Shown here in pieces: positions 48,573 through 60,358 of a DNA stretch of 64,000 bases; position 1 is the first letter of the stretch, and each line of letters begins with the position of its first letter. A program made the translations under genes and the position numbers. The DNA is from Lepidodermella squamata. Lineage: Eukaryota; Animalia; Gastrotricha. Where the stretch lies: assembly GCA_047495785.1 (NCBI GenBank), contig JBLDXI010000019.1, positions 2,666,001 to 2,730,000 on the forward strand, read 5' to 3'. The notes under the pieces are model-generated. The model did not search any database. It saw nothing but the letters and a program-made list of their open reading frames with translations, and was not told the origin of the DNA.

Positions 48573-51500
48573 TCAGTGAAGCATAATGTAGAAGAAATAA
48601 AAATCCAGCGATATAACGAAGAGCGACAAAACCGAACCGACGATAACATCAGCGACGCGCATAACCGAGGGTGGTATTTTTTTCTGCCCGGATTTTATGA
48701 TGGTTGGCCGTAGGAGGCTGACAAGCGGCACGGCGCACAGGCAGTAGATTGTTAGCACGATCCCAGCCGCGTATTTTATGATGATCATGACGACTAGGTA
48801 GACGGTTTCCGAAGTTCGGGGTATGCTTGAAAAGACCATGGCGAGCAGTACAGAGTTGGCCAGCACGGTTGTCATCGCGAAAGAAGCCCTGAAAAAATCG
48901 AATTTAGAAATAGGGTCAAATTGATATCGCCTGATTATTTTAATAAGGCAAAACCGCGAAAGGCGAAACATGATGAAGGGGATATAGGTCACTTATAGGT
49001 CCTGAATAAATGTTCCAAACGAGGAAAAAGGGTCAAAAAGTCTACGAAGAGGCGAAGGTCCATCTCATGGCCAGAAAAGCCCATGATGTTTTTGAGAAAT
49101 TATGCCGAATACAAAATTTTTCTTTCCCAATTGACACGCAATATTTCGATGGAGAAAAAATTGAGGAGCAAAAATTCGAAAACCCCATATTTTTATCACT
49201 TATGGTTACGGAGAAATTCCAGTGTCAAGTCGGTCACGTGACCTTACCTGATGTCACACGTGAACGGTAAACTCGAGAACGGTGACAGCTAGGAAGCCGC
49301 TCTCAAATAAAAAGTTCATCAGCGTGATGAAATCTACCTAGAATAGCATTCCTTTTGGTCACAGATGATAATATCTCCTTCAAAATTGATTTTGGTGACA
49401 CTTTAGTGCAGTATGGTGACTGCAATAAAAAAGATCCCAGCTCATCACCAAGCCGACGAGGTACTGGTGTTTCATCCGTTGCCACAGATTGTAGGCCGGG
49501 TTTGCAGGGTCAAAGTACAATTCTAAAAATAGCGCGTGACGGTTAAAAATAACACTACTCTGTAACGTTATATGTGTAGCTTTATTTTTCAAATTTTTCA
49601 GATTTTTCAAACTATTTTAGAAATTCCACTATTAAAATAACCCAGCATTCTCAAGATACTTTTCAATAATCTGGAGAATCTGGAGAATTTGAAAAATTAT
49701 TCTAACAACTAGCTGCATTATTTCAATAGCATGAATCATGCTTTGGACTTTGACCTTACGAAACCCGGCCTACAATGGAGTTTATACGATTTCCTAGCGT
49801 TTTAGACACCCTGGGGTTGTAGTCACCCTACAGGATTTCTACAGGATTCCTACCATTGAGCTCTAATGAGAGTGAATAACGCTGCCCTCTCTCTACCCCC
49901 TTCTCAGATCATTGGAAAAACTCCGTTTCGAATTATGATGGCAAATTTGGCAGTATTGTGGAGCAGATAAGATCCCGAACGAAAATGCATACATTATTTT
50001 CCTAAAATAACCCTGGAAAATGTCGGTAAAAAACCCTGAAAATAGCCAGAAAGCTCAAAAAATGTCAGAGGCTTCCGATGTCAAAGTTCAGGGCATTAAT
50101 TGGAGGTTTTTGGTTATTATTTAGGGATTTTTACCGACTTCGGGGTTATTTTAGGATATTTCCAATTGATGGCAATCACACCCAAGAATAATCAATAATC
50201 CATGCTTTTCGTTAAGAATCACAAGGCTCAAGCAAGGTGCTCAAGGAGAGTCGCGCGGACAGAAAGGGATTTTCACGTACCTGTCAGCCATTTTCGGAGG
50301 CATAGCCAGGGCCGCAATCTGCAGCACAAACGTGCCATAAGTCGGGAACATGACACTCGCGATGTAGTAGTGGTACTTTCGTTTAAACTTCATCGTCAGC
50401 CTTAGATAAACAAACTGCGAATTCGACTCGCTGACGTAGTCCACCTCAGCCTGGAATGCCAGCTTGTTACCCAGCGACGGAGAATCATGATCGCCGTCAC
50501 CATGCGAATGCCGCCGCCACGACGTATCATTATCAGCCTCGATCTGGCCGTCAATGTCCCAAATGTCGGTGTCAGTGATGAACGAATACCGGGCTGATTT
50601 GTCGATACCGAAATACTCGACTGATAGGTCGAGATGGAGCAAATCTTCACCAGGGGACATGCTTAGAGTACACACCAGAGTATCGAACGGGAAGCTTTTG
50701 AACGAAAACGTCGTACACATTGTATCGATCCTGCGATACAGGCCCATTGAAGCTGTCGGGCCGCCGTGGGAATCGTCAAACGGGTACAGAAATATCTTAT
50801 CGATCGACGCCTCCAAAGGGCGTGGATTCCGATGGGCGTTCATGTGGTACAAATATGGCTGCCATAGGAAGTTTGCGTTGATTTGAAAGTAGAAGTTGTC
50901 TTTAACTGCCGGTGATAGCCTTGAGCAAATGACATTGCCAACTGACGTGAATCTGCCAGTTTCCTCGAGCTGCTTGCAGGATTCAAGCAACGGGCATGGT
51001 AGCTTCCAGTTGAAGTAAAACAGCATGAAAGCAGATAGGCGTTTCTCCAGATCGTTGATTTCGATGAAGTGGAACAATAGGATTGTTGTATTGACTTTGA
51101 CGGGCTGCGTGAAGTTGTTGTAAGCAAGTGTCTCGGCTGGGACGTTTAGGGATAGGGCTTGCGGGCACCAGTCGAAGAATGCGTCCTGCAATTTGTCAAC
51201 CGGACCTTTCTGCCCAGAGCTTGTTGGCTTTTTCCCTACGAGTAGATTTGCGCTGGATTGCCTGAAAAATATAGCACGCTTTAAACTGGTTGTAATTGAT
51301 TTTTCACTCGGGTTCGACGGTGTTAAAAGCCCTATCACACAGTGCGTGCCCTCTACGTTACAAGAGAATAAAGTGGCAGTTATTACAGAGTCAACAAGAA
51401 GCTAGCTACAGTATTAACAGATGCTTTAATGTTCGGAACCTCTGCTGTATAAGTACTGAAATTCCGGTATTACCGGCCTCCTTCTGTTGCTCACTTCAAT

Positions 51501-53367
51501 AAATCCTTCCAATTTCTAATTCGAACATCGGGTGTTCTCGGGATTAGAAGCTCCTAATAAGATTACAAGTACATTTGACTTATTTTTCACATAATTTCCG
51601 TGTGAAAATAGCTATTGTCAAGCTAGAAATTGCTCTAATGGACATACAAAGCTGCAGGTCTCAGTTCCTACTCCAGAGGAAAGAACCGATAACGAAGGCT
51701 GAAAGGGAGCTTTTGGGGTACATTATATTGCTCATTTTTCATCAAACCTTTGTTCATACATTACAAAATTCTCCAGGAGAGAGCAAAGTAGGACAGCAGA
51801 ACTAGTAAGGATAAGAAAAATCGACCTAGGTAATTGCCCCCCAATGGCAATTGATTAGGTTACCGTGGGAACTGAATTTAACTGATAGGGATGATCCCTA
51901 CCATCCCTGCCGATGCTACGTCCTCTGTTTTTCAGGTATGGATTGCCTTTAAACCACGCTTCACTCTCAATTCATGTTTGCATAGGACCAACACGAAGCT
52001 GGGCTCGACGAATGTAGAATCTTTCCCGTATTTTTAGTAATTTGAGGCGTTTAGGTAACACAGTGCAACGAATTTTCGATCTGATCAGCTCTCTGATGCA
52101 AAAATAGGCACCACCAGCGAGTGGACAACATAGTATGTCTTTCATCTTCATTAAAACGGAAGCTCTCGAAGTTTCGAAAAATCGTTATGACTAAGTACGG
52201 TCTAGTCTTTTAGAGGCTTATGGTGTTGGTGCATTTTTATGCCCGAAATTACAAATTTTATTTCATTTCTTCCGGTAATTTTTTGGCGATTGAAATGGTC
52301 TAAATTGTATATTTGTATATTTTGAGTCGCCAACTATCATTTTTTGCATTATATATAATATCGTTGTTTCATATGAGTACGGCAAAAGGATTACTTGAAA
52401 CAGCATTGTGAAGAGTCCCGAGCTAAATAGCTATATTTTTTCCTAATGCCCGCGTTCCATTTGATTACGCCACGAAAGAGCACTCAGAACGAGAAGTGGT
52501 GTTAATAAAGTATAAAAAAATAAAGATACGCAGTGGATTTTAAAGAATCTATTCTGCGCTGAAATAAATTTCTGGTTTTTTATGTGAGGAACAGGCGCCA
52601 AATTTGCCAGGCTCGATTGCGAGAAAGGCAGTTCTAATAATGAATGACTGAAAAATGGGGCAGGATTAAATTGCGAGGTTTTTCAGACTTTTATGCTGTT
52701 TCGCTAAAAGACGAATGAAAACGTAATAGTTATACACTGAGAAGTCAGGTGATTCCAACCAATGCTGGCCCAAGTGCTGAATTTTTACTTCAATTGGGAC
52801 ATTTTGACTTCAATTTTGAGTTTTGGTATTCTAGAAACTAGAACACCAAGCGTTGCAGTTAGCTTTTTCCGACTTTGTGGGGAGCATCCTCAAAAACTCA
52901 AAATCTGAAAAACACTTCTTCAGAATTCTACAATCGCTATAGCAGCTTAAATGAATTAAGAAATGCGTTGAAAAGAAACGCTTCGCATACGATAGTTGTA
53001 TGAAACTAAGAAAAATGCATTCTTGCACTCAGATCCTATTCGATGCCTGTTCCTCGGGAAAACCGGGAATCGAGAATTGTCTAATAGTCAAAGCAACCAA
53101 AAGTGTATAAACTCAACCCTAATGCAAAGCCTGTGAATTCATTTCCAAAGTCATCCAATTCGACGAAATGCTTTTGACTCCTGCATTCAATCAAATGGAA
53201 TGTTCAGCAAACAAAAACTAGTAAGGACAATGAGTAAATTCTCACCACGTTGGCAGATTATGCTGCTGCTGGGTCTGTTTCGCTATTTGCTTGCGCCAAT
53301 TCTGAAGACTAGCACCGGTTGACAGCAAGCAGGCCACTGCCACAAAGCAACAGCGCAACAAAATCAT
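48573..53367 (-). CDS. Divergent pLGIC subunit L6 (472 aa); exons 53367-53246, 51261-50281, 48888-48573
   Basis: Signal-peptide exon MILLRCCFVAVACLLSTGAS joins in frame; Cys-loop CTTFSFKSFPFDTLVC; ADR|ASFAMTTVLANSV. Confidence 0.9.
49488..49776. mobile_element. MITE-like element in L6 intron 2
   Basis: ATTGTAGGCCGGGTTTG...GGTCAAAGTACAA versus TTGGACTTTGACC...AAACCCGGCCTACAAT; shares GTCAAAGTCCAA with the 9933-10132 arms. Confidence 0.7.
50000..50156. repeat. Imperfect inverted repeat, likely MITE, in L6 intron 2
   Basis: TCCTAAAATAACCC...GTCGGTAAAAA.CCCT versus AGGGATTTTTACCGAC...GGGTTATTTTAGGA. Confidence 0.6.
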
Positions 53368-54298
53368 CGAATAATTCACCTCATCTAAATTGGAGAAAAT
53401 GAGCTAGTAAACTCTCTCGCATTGCTATGAATAAGCGCCAGAAAAAAACGCATCGAACCGAGATGAGTGGACAAAGAGGCGTTTATTGAGGCATCAATGT
53501 TGAGGTAATGGACCTAAAATAACAAATGCGCAGTTGTGCGGGGTAGATCGCTCGCAGTTGGTCTATTTTTGTAAAAACTGGGCTGAGAAATAGAATTTGC
53601 CCCGGGGCGTTTTGATAACAATAACAAAACTCTTGAACGCCACACTTTATTGTCCATTTTTCCTAATTGCTCGTCGATCGCTGGACTCGTAACAAATAAA
53701 TAGAATTCGCGCCTGGAAGAAAGCGGAGCGTGAATAAACTGAGTTATTCTTTTAAAGAGTACTCCCATGTAAGTAATCCCCATCGACCCGGCGATTTAAT
53801 ACTTACAATTACCTAATCGGCTATAAAGAAATAACTGCAGTTGCGTTAGCATGAAGTTATCGATCGCTGTCCGTTTAAAAGACGGATAATGTCTCCCATT
53901 TTTCTTTACTCTGGGTAATTTTAATAAAAATCGATGCATGAATAGATATTATCATTTTTACGCACGTGAGGCTAATATATTTCTAAATCACGTGATAAAG
54001 TGGCAGCAGATTAAAAAAGGCCTAGATTTTATGACGACAATTTTGGTTAAATTTCTTTTTTTTTCGTGGGATTATTATCGGGCTTTTTACGAGAAATGTA
54101 AAGGTTAAGTCACGACGGCCGCTTGGGTACTTGAGTATCCACGTCGACATCCTTCATGGTGCTCGAGTTATCGACCAACATTATACAAAGTAGAACTCTG
54201 CTTTTTTGAAAACCATCGATTCACACCCCGCAAATTCGATTATTCACAAGTCTGGGACAAAGCAAGTGGGTTTATTGTTTGCGGTGATTCATCTTTTG

Positions 54299-56267
54299 TC
54301 AAGCCGCCATTTTGCTGAAATATACAATATCCGCAATAATCACTACCATTGTGATAGAAATGAAAACGGTCAAGTCAGTAAGTCTTGTAAAATTGATCGT
54401 CTTGGAGCCGAAGTGATATTTTTTTGCCAAAGTTGAGAGTGGTACTGCAATCAGGGTGTATATTGTTAGCAGGATGCCGCAGATGTATTTGATGATGATC
54501 ATTGATACCATGTAGACAGTTTCGGAAGAGCGTGGAATGCTGTTGAAGATTAACGCCAACAGAACAGAGTTGGCTAGGACCGCAGTCATTGCGAATGACG
54601 ATCTGATCAAAACATGAATAGAAAGCATTTGAAAATAAACTTGTGTTGCAACCTTTGTAGTAATCTTATGAATCTTTTTATATAGGACAGATGAATACGC
54701 CAAATTGAAACCAGATTAAGAGTTGTACGATGAACATCTCAGATCGACTACGCTTCTTTGTTGCCCACATCACCCTGCCAGCTCTACCTTTCTAACGAAT
54801 CATATCTCTCTTCTCCGACGTATTTACTGATTTCATCCTTCATCCGAACATAGCACTCTGATTCTTCGACAGACAAGTTAGCCTTAAGACTAACTTGTCA
54901 ATAAAATTGTCTGGAAGCGGGTTCAATCACTTGGATATAATCGAATCGTATGATCTATACGGGGTCAACATCAGGACAATATTCAAGTCCCAGAAGGCCG
55001 TTTGAGAGCTTTTGTTCCATTAGCCTTACAGTTAAGACGTATTCTGTTTCAGTGGATAAGAAACTAAGGATAGGAGCGAAAATGGACACGCCATTGGAGC
55101 TTAGGCAGATTTAGTATCGGGAAATTGCAATCTAATCTTTGGTTTTGAGATGAAATCTGTCGGGTCTGATCAAAGCTTTACCAGGTTGATCTCCATTTTG
55201 ATCAGGTGAAGGCTCAAACGACTACATTTTAACTGAAAAATCTCCAATTAAGTAGATATTTTGTACCTGTCTGACAGCTTTGGAGGCAAAGCCAAGCAAG
55301 CCATTTGAAGAATGAATGTTCCATAGGTCGGCAACATCACATTAGCGACATAGTACTGGTATTTTCGTTTGAAGGATATCGACAGTCTAAGGTAAGAGTA
55401 CTGATTCATCGACTCCGCCACAGTGTAAACCTCCCCTGATAAGGCAGATGAATTAGAGTGATCGATGCCATGATCTTCAATGTCGCCATCCAGATCCCAA
55501 ACCTCTGTATCGCTGATAAAACTCTGAACAGCCGATCTATCGATAGCAAATCGATTCAAGTTGAACATGAGATGCGTAGCTGGTTCAATTGCAGAAAACA
55601 CCAGCGTGCAGGTTAGCTTGTCAAATGGGAATTTTGCGAATGAGAACTCCGAACAAGATGTATCGACTCTCCGATAGAGTCCGATAGAAACTTTCGGCTC
55701 TTTCACGTCCCTGTCCCCAAACGGGTATATGAAAAGCTTCTCCGATATCGTGTCGAGAGGTAGTGGATCTCTTGCCGCGTTGTTGTGGTATAAAAGAGGC
55801 TGCCAAGCTGATCGTGCGGGTATTTGGAAGTAAGTTCTCTCTTTTGCCAGCTTCGACCAAGGTCCGCATAGTAGGTTATTCGCTGGTGTCACTTTCTCGT
55901 CATTCAACTGGTTGCAGTTATTCAGCTGGGGACATGGAAGTTTCCAATCGAAGAAGAAAGTCCCGAAAATTGATAACCGCTTTTCTATGTCGTCGATTTC
56001 CATTAGTCGAAACAGAAGTACGGAGATGTTGACTGCAAGAGGTGCGGTGAAATCGTTATATGCTTGTGTCCGGAGAGGCACATCAAGAGAAGTAAAAGCC
56101 GGGCACCAATTACGGAAGGCATCGTCGAAATCGCCGACCGGATCAGGGCTATTTTCAGAAAATTTACTAATTAAACAAAAGCCGACAGTTCATTCAGACC
56201 TTTTATTCTGTGCGTAACAAACCAGCGGATTTCCTACAACAGCTAAAAGCCAAAGTCTTTTCCACAT
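54299..56267 (-). CDS. Divergent pLGIC subunit L7 (417 aa); exons 56267-56200, 56148-55267, 54602-54299
   Basis: Signal peptide MWKRLWLLAVVGNPLVCYA; Cys-loop CSEFSFAKFPFDKLTC; SDR|SSFAMTAVLANSV. Confidence 0.9.
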
Positions 56268-56786
56268 AATTTCAAAGATCTTCCCTGTAGAAGACAAGAA
56301 GAAATTACAATAAGAACGACAATGCAATCAAAGCCACTCTCTTGTGTCAATATTTACCACCGGTAATGGGTATACTGATAGCAAGGTAGCAATGATAACT
56401 TCCTGGATAGCCAGAATTCAAATATTTGTTTACTCGTTTGCTGGCATTTTTGTTCGCTTGCAGACTGTTGCATTGAAAAATCGGAAGTCCTCAGCTATAA
56501 CATACCATGAAAAAATGAGAAACAGGAGATATCCGGAACGAAGAATCCAAAAATGTTTATGTTTATTTATATATGTATTTGTGAATAAGTCAATAGGCTT
56601 TTTCCTTCAATTTATTAAATATTAGATTATAAATAGATAGGATGTAAACATCTGAAATATTTGGAGCTGATTTTAGAGAAATGATACAAGTTTCAGGCTC
56701 AAAAGCAGAGCGACCCTCAGAGAAGGACATCTTTAGTTCTACAAAGGTGTTTAGTAATTTTTACTACAGCAATTAATTTAACATTT

Positions 56787-58031
56787 TCAGCGTTGATGGA
56801 GCATTTTCCTGAAACAGTAGGCGTCAATGATTACGACGATGAGACCAACCGAAGACACGATAGCTATATCGATAAGTCGAATGTAACTAATCGAAAAAGA
56901 AACCAGCTTCATCGACACAAATACCCTTCTCCCATATTTAGCACTGTTTCCTCTAGAAACCATAGCAAGAGTATAGAGGGTCAAAGCAACCCCAGCAGCG
57001 TATTTTATGGAAATCATCATAACCAAGTAAACCGTCTCTGAGGTCCGTGGTATCAAAGAGAAGGCCATCCCAAGCAAAACCGAATTCGCCAAAACAGTCG
57101 TCATTGCGTAATACGGCCGATCTGTTGAATGAGGTGGCATAGCAATCGCCGCAAGTTGGAGCACGAAAGTGCCATATGTTGGTAGGAAAACGTTTGCTAT
57201 AAAATAGTGAGGTTTTCGCCTGAATTTGACGGAATAGGTCAGATAAGTATATCTATCCGTTGTTTCTTCAACTAAATCAGATCGGCCTCCAACGGCTTTT
57301 GTATCGTTAACATCAGATGTCTCGTCAAGTTCCCATATCTCGGATTCTAGAAGAAATTTGTCTTTCACAGATATGTCGATGCCGAATCGAAGGACCTGGT
57401 AGTAAAGGTAGCTAGATGGCTCTTCACTGCCAAAGGAAATCAAACATTCCAACGAGTCGAATGGAAAATTTGTGAATGAAAATGTGTCGCAGATTGTGTC
57501 CACCCTACGGTAGATCCCGATGAATCCAGACGGAGAGTTGCTTTGCCTCCAAAATGGGTAAACGAATACTTTGTCAGATGAGGAACTTGGAAAAAGACTC
57601 GCGCCTTCGAACCCATTTACGTGACTAGGATTGGGATGCCAGGCAGATGATAAATTGCGTTGGAAATGGTAATCATCTCTCAAATCAAAGCCGTTAGATT
57701 GGCATATGGAATTTTGTAAGAGGCTTTCATCTCTCAGCTGGTCACAACTTGCCAGCCGATCGCAAGGGTAATTCCATGCGAATGTGAAGTAGATGAAAGA
57801 TGAGAATCTTTTGTCGAGGTCGTTGATTTCGATAAACCGAAACAGCAGAGCCGTCGCATTTACAACCAAGGGACTCGTGAAATTCGACCAAGCAACAGTC
57901 TCACTGGGTAAGCTTTTAGATAACACAGCCGGGCACCACCCTAGGAAAGCGTGCTCGAAATCGGTTGAAAATGCTGGATTTATCCCCGCCGAATAGCCAA
58001 TGCAAAGAGAGAACAAAATGACAAAAATCAT
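56787..58031 (-). CDS. Divergent pLGIC subunit L8 (414 aa, intronless)
   Basis: Signal peptide MIFVILFSLCIGYSAG; Cys-loop CDTFSFTNFPFDSLEC; TDRPYYAMTTVLANSV; four TMs. Confidence 0.92.
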   Translation of the reverse strand: MIFVILFSLCIGYSAGINPAFSTDFEHAFLGWCPAVLSKSLPSETVAWSNFTSPLVVNATALLFRFIEINDLDKRFSSFIYFTFAWNYPCDRLASCDQLRDESLLQNSICQSNGFDLRDDYHFQRNLSSAWHPNPSHVNGFEGASLFPSSSSDKVFVYPFWRQSNSPSGFIGIYRRVDTICDTFSFTNFPFDSLECLISFGSEEPSSYLYYQVLRFGIDISVKDKFLLESEIWELDETSDVNDTKAVGGRSDLVEETTDRYTYLTYSVKFRRKPHYFIANVFLPTYGTFVLQLAAIAMPPHSTDRPYYAMTTVLANSVLLGMAFSLIPRTSETVYLVMMISIKYAAGVALTLYTLAMVSRGNSAKYGRRVFVSMKLVSFSISYIRLIDIAIVSSVGLIVVIIDAYCFRKMLHQR

Positions 58032-58496
58032 TTCCGCTTGTAGCAACGGAATTTCGAATGTAAGGGCAAACTTCCACCTTCCACAGCAGAAAGGTTTACT
58101 TTCAAATGTCATCCGAGCAAATAAGTGGTAAATCGATTGAATGCAATTCCCGTTTTTATGCATTATTATTGTTTGAGCTTCTCCCTCCACGACTTTGAAG
58201 CATCGATTCGAATCTTACACTACAAAAATATCTTATTGATATGAAAAATGCAATCGATAATGATTGATTAATTAGCACACTTTTTGCTATGTTTTTCTTG
58301 AAGGTTTGAATTCTAATCGTCAGAATAATTAACAAGCTAGTTTCCAAGCATCACCCGTTGTTTGTTTCATAACTCACTTCTTGCGATCTGACTCATCAAT
58401 AAATAATCTTATCCTTATCAATACTATTCTAGTGAAAAATCACTCCCTTCAACTTTTTCTGGACTCAGCTAAATGTTGCTTTGAATCTGGGCTTTG

Positions 58497-59942
58497 ATGG
58501 CACCCAAATGCTTCTCCAAATTAACATCACCAGACAACTATCGCCAGCTCGCTATGATAGTATTAAATTGTTATCTTATAGCTGGAATGTTCATATTCAA
58601 CGCAATTGAATCTCCATACGAGAATTCCAACCGCCTGAAACAGCTTCGGCAGTTAGGCATCACCGTTTGTGGCACAAATGAACAATCTATAAACACGACG
58701 GTTCAAACAATCACAATAAATTTCGGTCAACAGTCTATGCTAGAAAATGTAACGATCCTCTCCATTCATCGCAGTCTCTCAGACCCTGATTCGATTGAAG
58801 TCCAATTCTATCGAAAAATCCAAACTAATTGTTACGATATTACTGCCCAAGCAAGCGACACCTCTGATCGCCCAGTTGACATTAGCAAGTGGTGTTTGTC
58901 CGGCTCGTTATTCTTCTCGGTGACCCTGTTGACCACAATCGGCTACGGCATGCTTGCACCCTCGAGTAGTCTCGGCAAGTTCGCATGTTGCCTCTACGCT
59001 TTCATTGGAATCCCACTTATGGCCATCGTTCTACAGTATATCCGCGAGCTTTCAGTCACTGTAGCGTTACATTTCGAACGGCGGTTTCTATTGCCATTGC
59101 TTCAACGCTGTTGCAAGTCACGGCCTGCTGTCATTTTCGACATCGACGATTACAGTTGCAATTCAGCCCATGCGCTGGATAAGCCGCATTTGCTGCTCTA
59201 CTTTGTCTTCCTCGTGTTTAGCATGATTTGCATACTTCTTCCGAGCGTCATGTTCACTTACCTTGAGGGTTGGGACTACGTGACATCCATGTACTACAAC
59301 TACATATCCTTGTCGTCAATAGGTATGCTGCATCTGAGACCGGTAACAAAGGGTGCACTGTAAAAAATAGGGGTGTAATTGCCCTAAAAATAGCCCCCAC
59401 TGTGCATGGTAAATAGCACACGCAGTGCATTGGAATTACTCCTTACCAATTTTTTTCTTAAGGAGTATTTACCCACAGCAATGATTTTTTAACGTCGAAA
59501 AATAGGCATTTACTCCTAAAAAAAACTTGAGTTTGGGTAAATATCCGAGAAAATTACCCCCTTATTTTTTACAGTGTCGGGTGGGAAGGGCGATGGGACT
59601 TGTTTTTACCAACTTTCTACTTCAGTTTATATTTATCCATATATTTCGAATATTCTCCTAAAACCTAAAACCTAAAATTAGCTGAATGCTGATTCTCTCA
59701 TCTCAGGCTTCGGCGATTTTGCAGCTGTTTCAAATCGAGGATCGCCCCTCGCGCGATACAAAGAAGACTGGGAAGTTGCTTTGTACCTCGTCTTCGTCAT
59801 GATTTGGATAGTAACATGCATGCCGGTGACGGACGCTCTGGCGCAGATAAGCCAGCGCGGTTACGAGTCCCTGCTCAAGCGGATTGACACCGCGGTGACA
59901 AATATCGGCATTAGGAATCAAGTTGATGGCTCTAGAGATTAG
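58497..59942 (+). CDS. Two-pore-domain potassium channel (K2P/KCNK family), 353 aa; exons 58497-59322, 59707-59942
   Basis: M1 ...GMFIFNAIE; P1 W.LSGSLFFSVTLLTTIGYG; M2 YAFIGIPL; M3...EGWDY; P2 YISLSSIG|FGDF; M4. Confidence 0.9.
59356..59576. mobile_element. CACTG-ended MITE (221 bp) in the K2P intron
   Basis: TIR CACTGTAAAAAATAGGGG versus CCCCTTATTTTTTACAGTG; no clear TSD, so superfamily unassigned. Confidence 0.75.
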
Positions 59943-60358
59943 GAATCAGGGCACGAGCAACTGCTAATAGATCAAATTGCAAACTTATATCACTAGTTGC
60001 TTAACGTCGATATTCTGTTGAGTTCATCTCAGTTAAAACCTGCACTGAGTGCAGGATATCCGACAGTAATGCTGTAAAATTCTCTCGATGTTGCGTTTTA
60101 TTCTGACGAAATGGCAAGCTATGAGGGCATATCGACACTGAGAGAAATCGAGCTATTTCAGGAACTCTAAAGCCCTCGAGTAAATGCTAGAAGTATCTTA
60201 CCCTACATATATTCATGTCACTGGTATGAAGGTGTTACTTAGCTTCTCCATTTTAAAACCTTCAACTTCCGCTGAGGATGCACATTGGCGTCCTGCCAAT
60301 GAGAGATGGATATATGATCAAATTTTCAATAGTCCAGATGATCGAACAAATTTAAACA

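Noticed and set aside
58032-58190. 53-aa N-terminal extension of L8 in the ORF track
   Set aside because: Starts at GTG; the signal peptide begins at ATG 58031, so this is likely 5'UTR.
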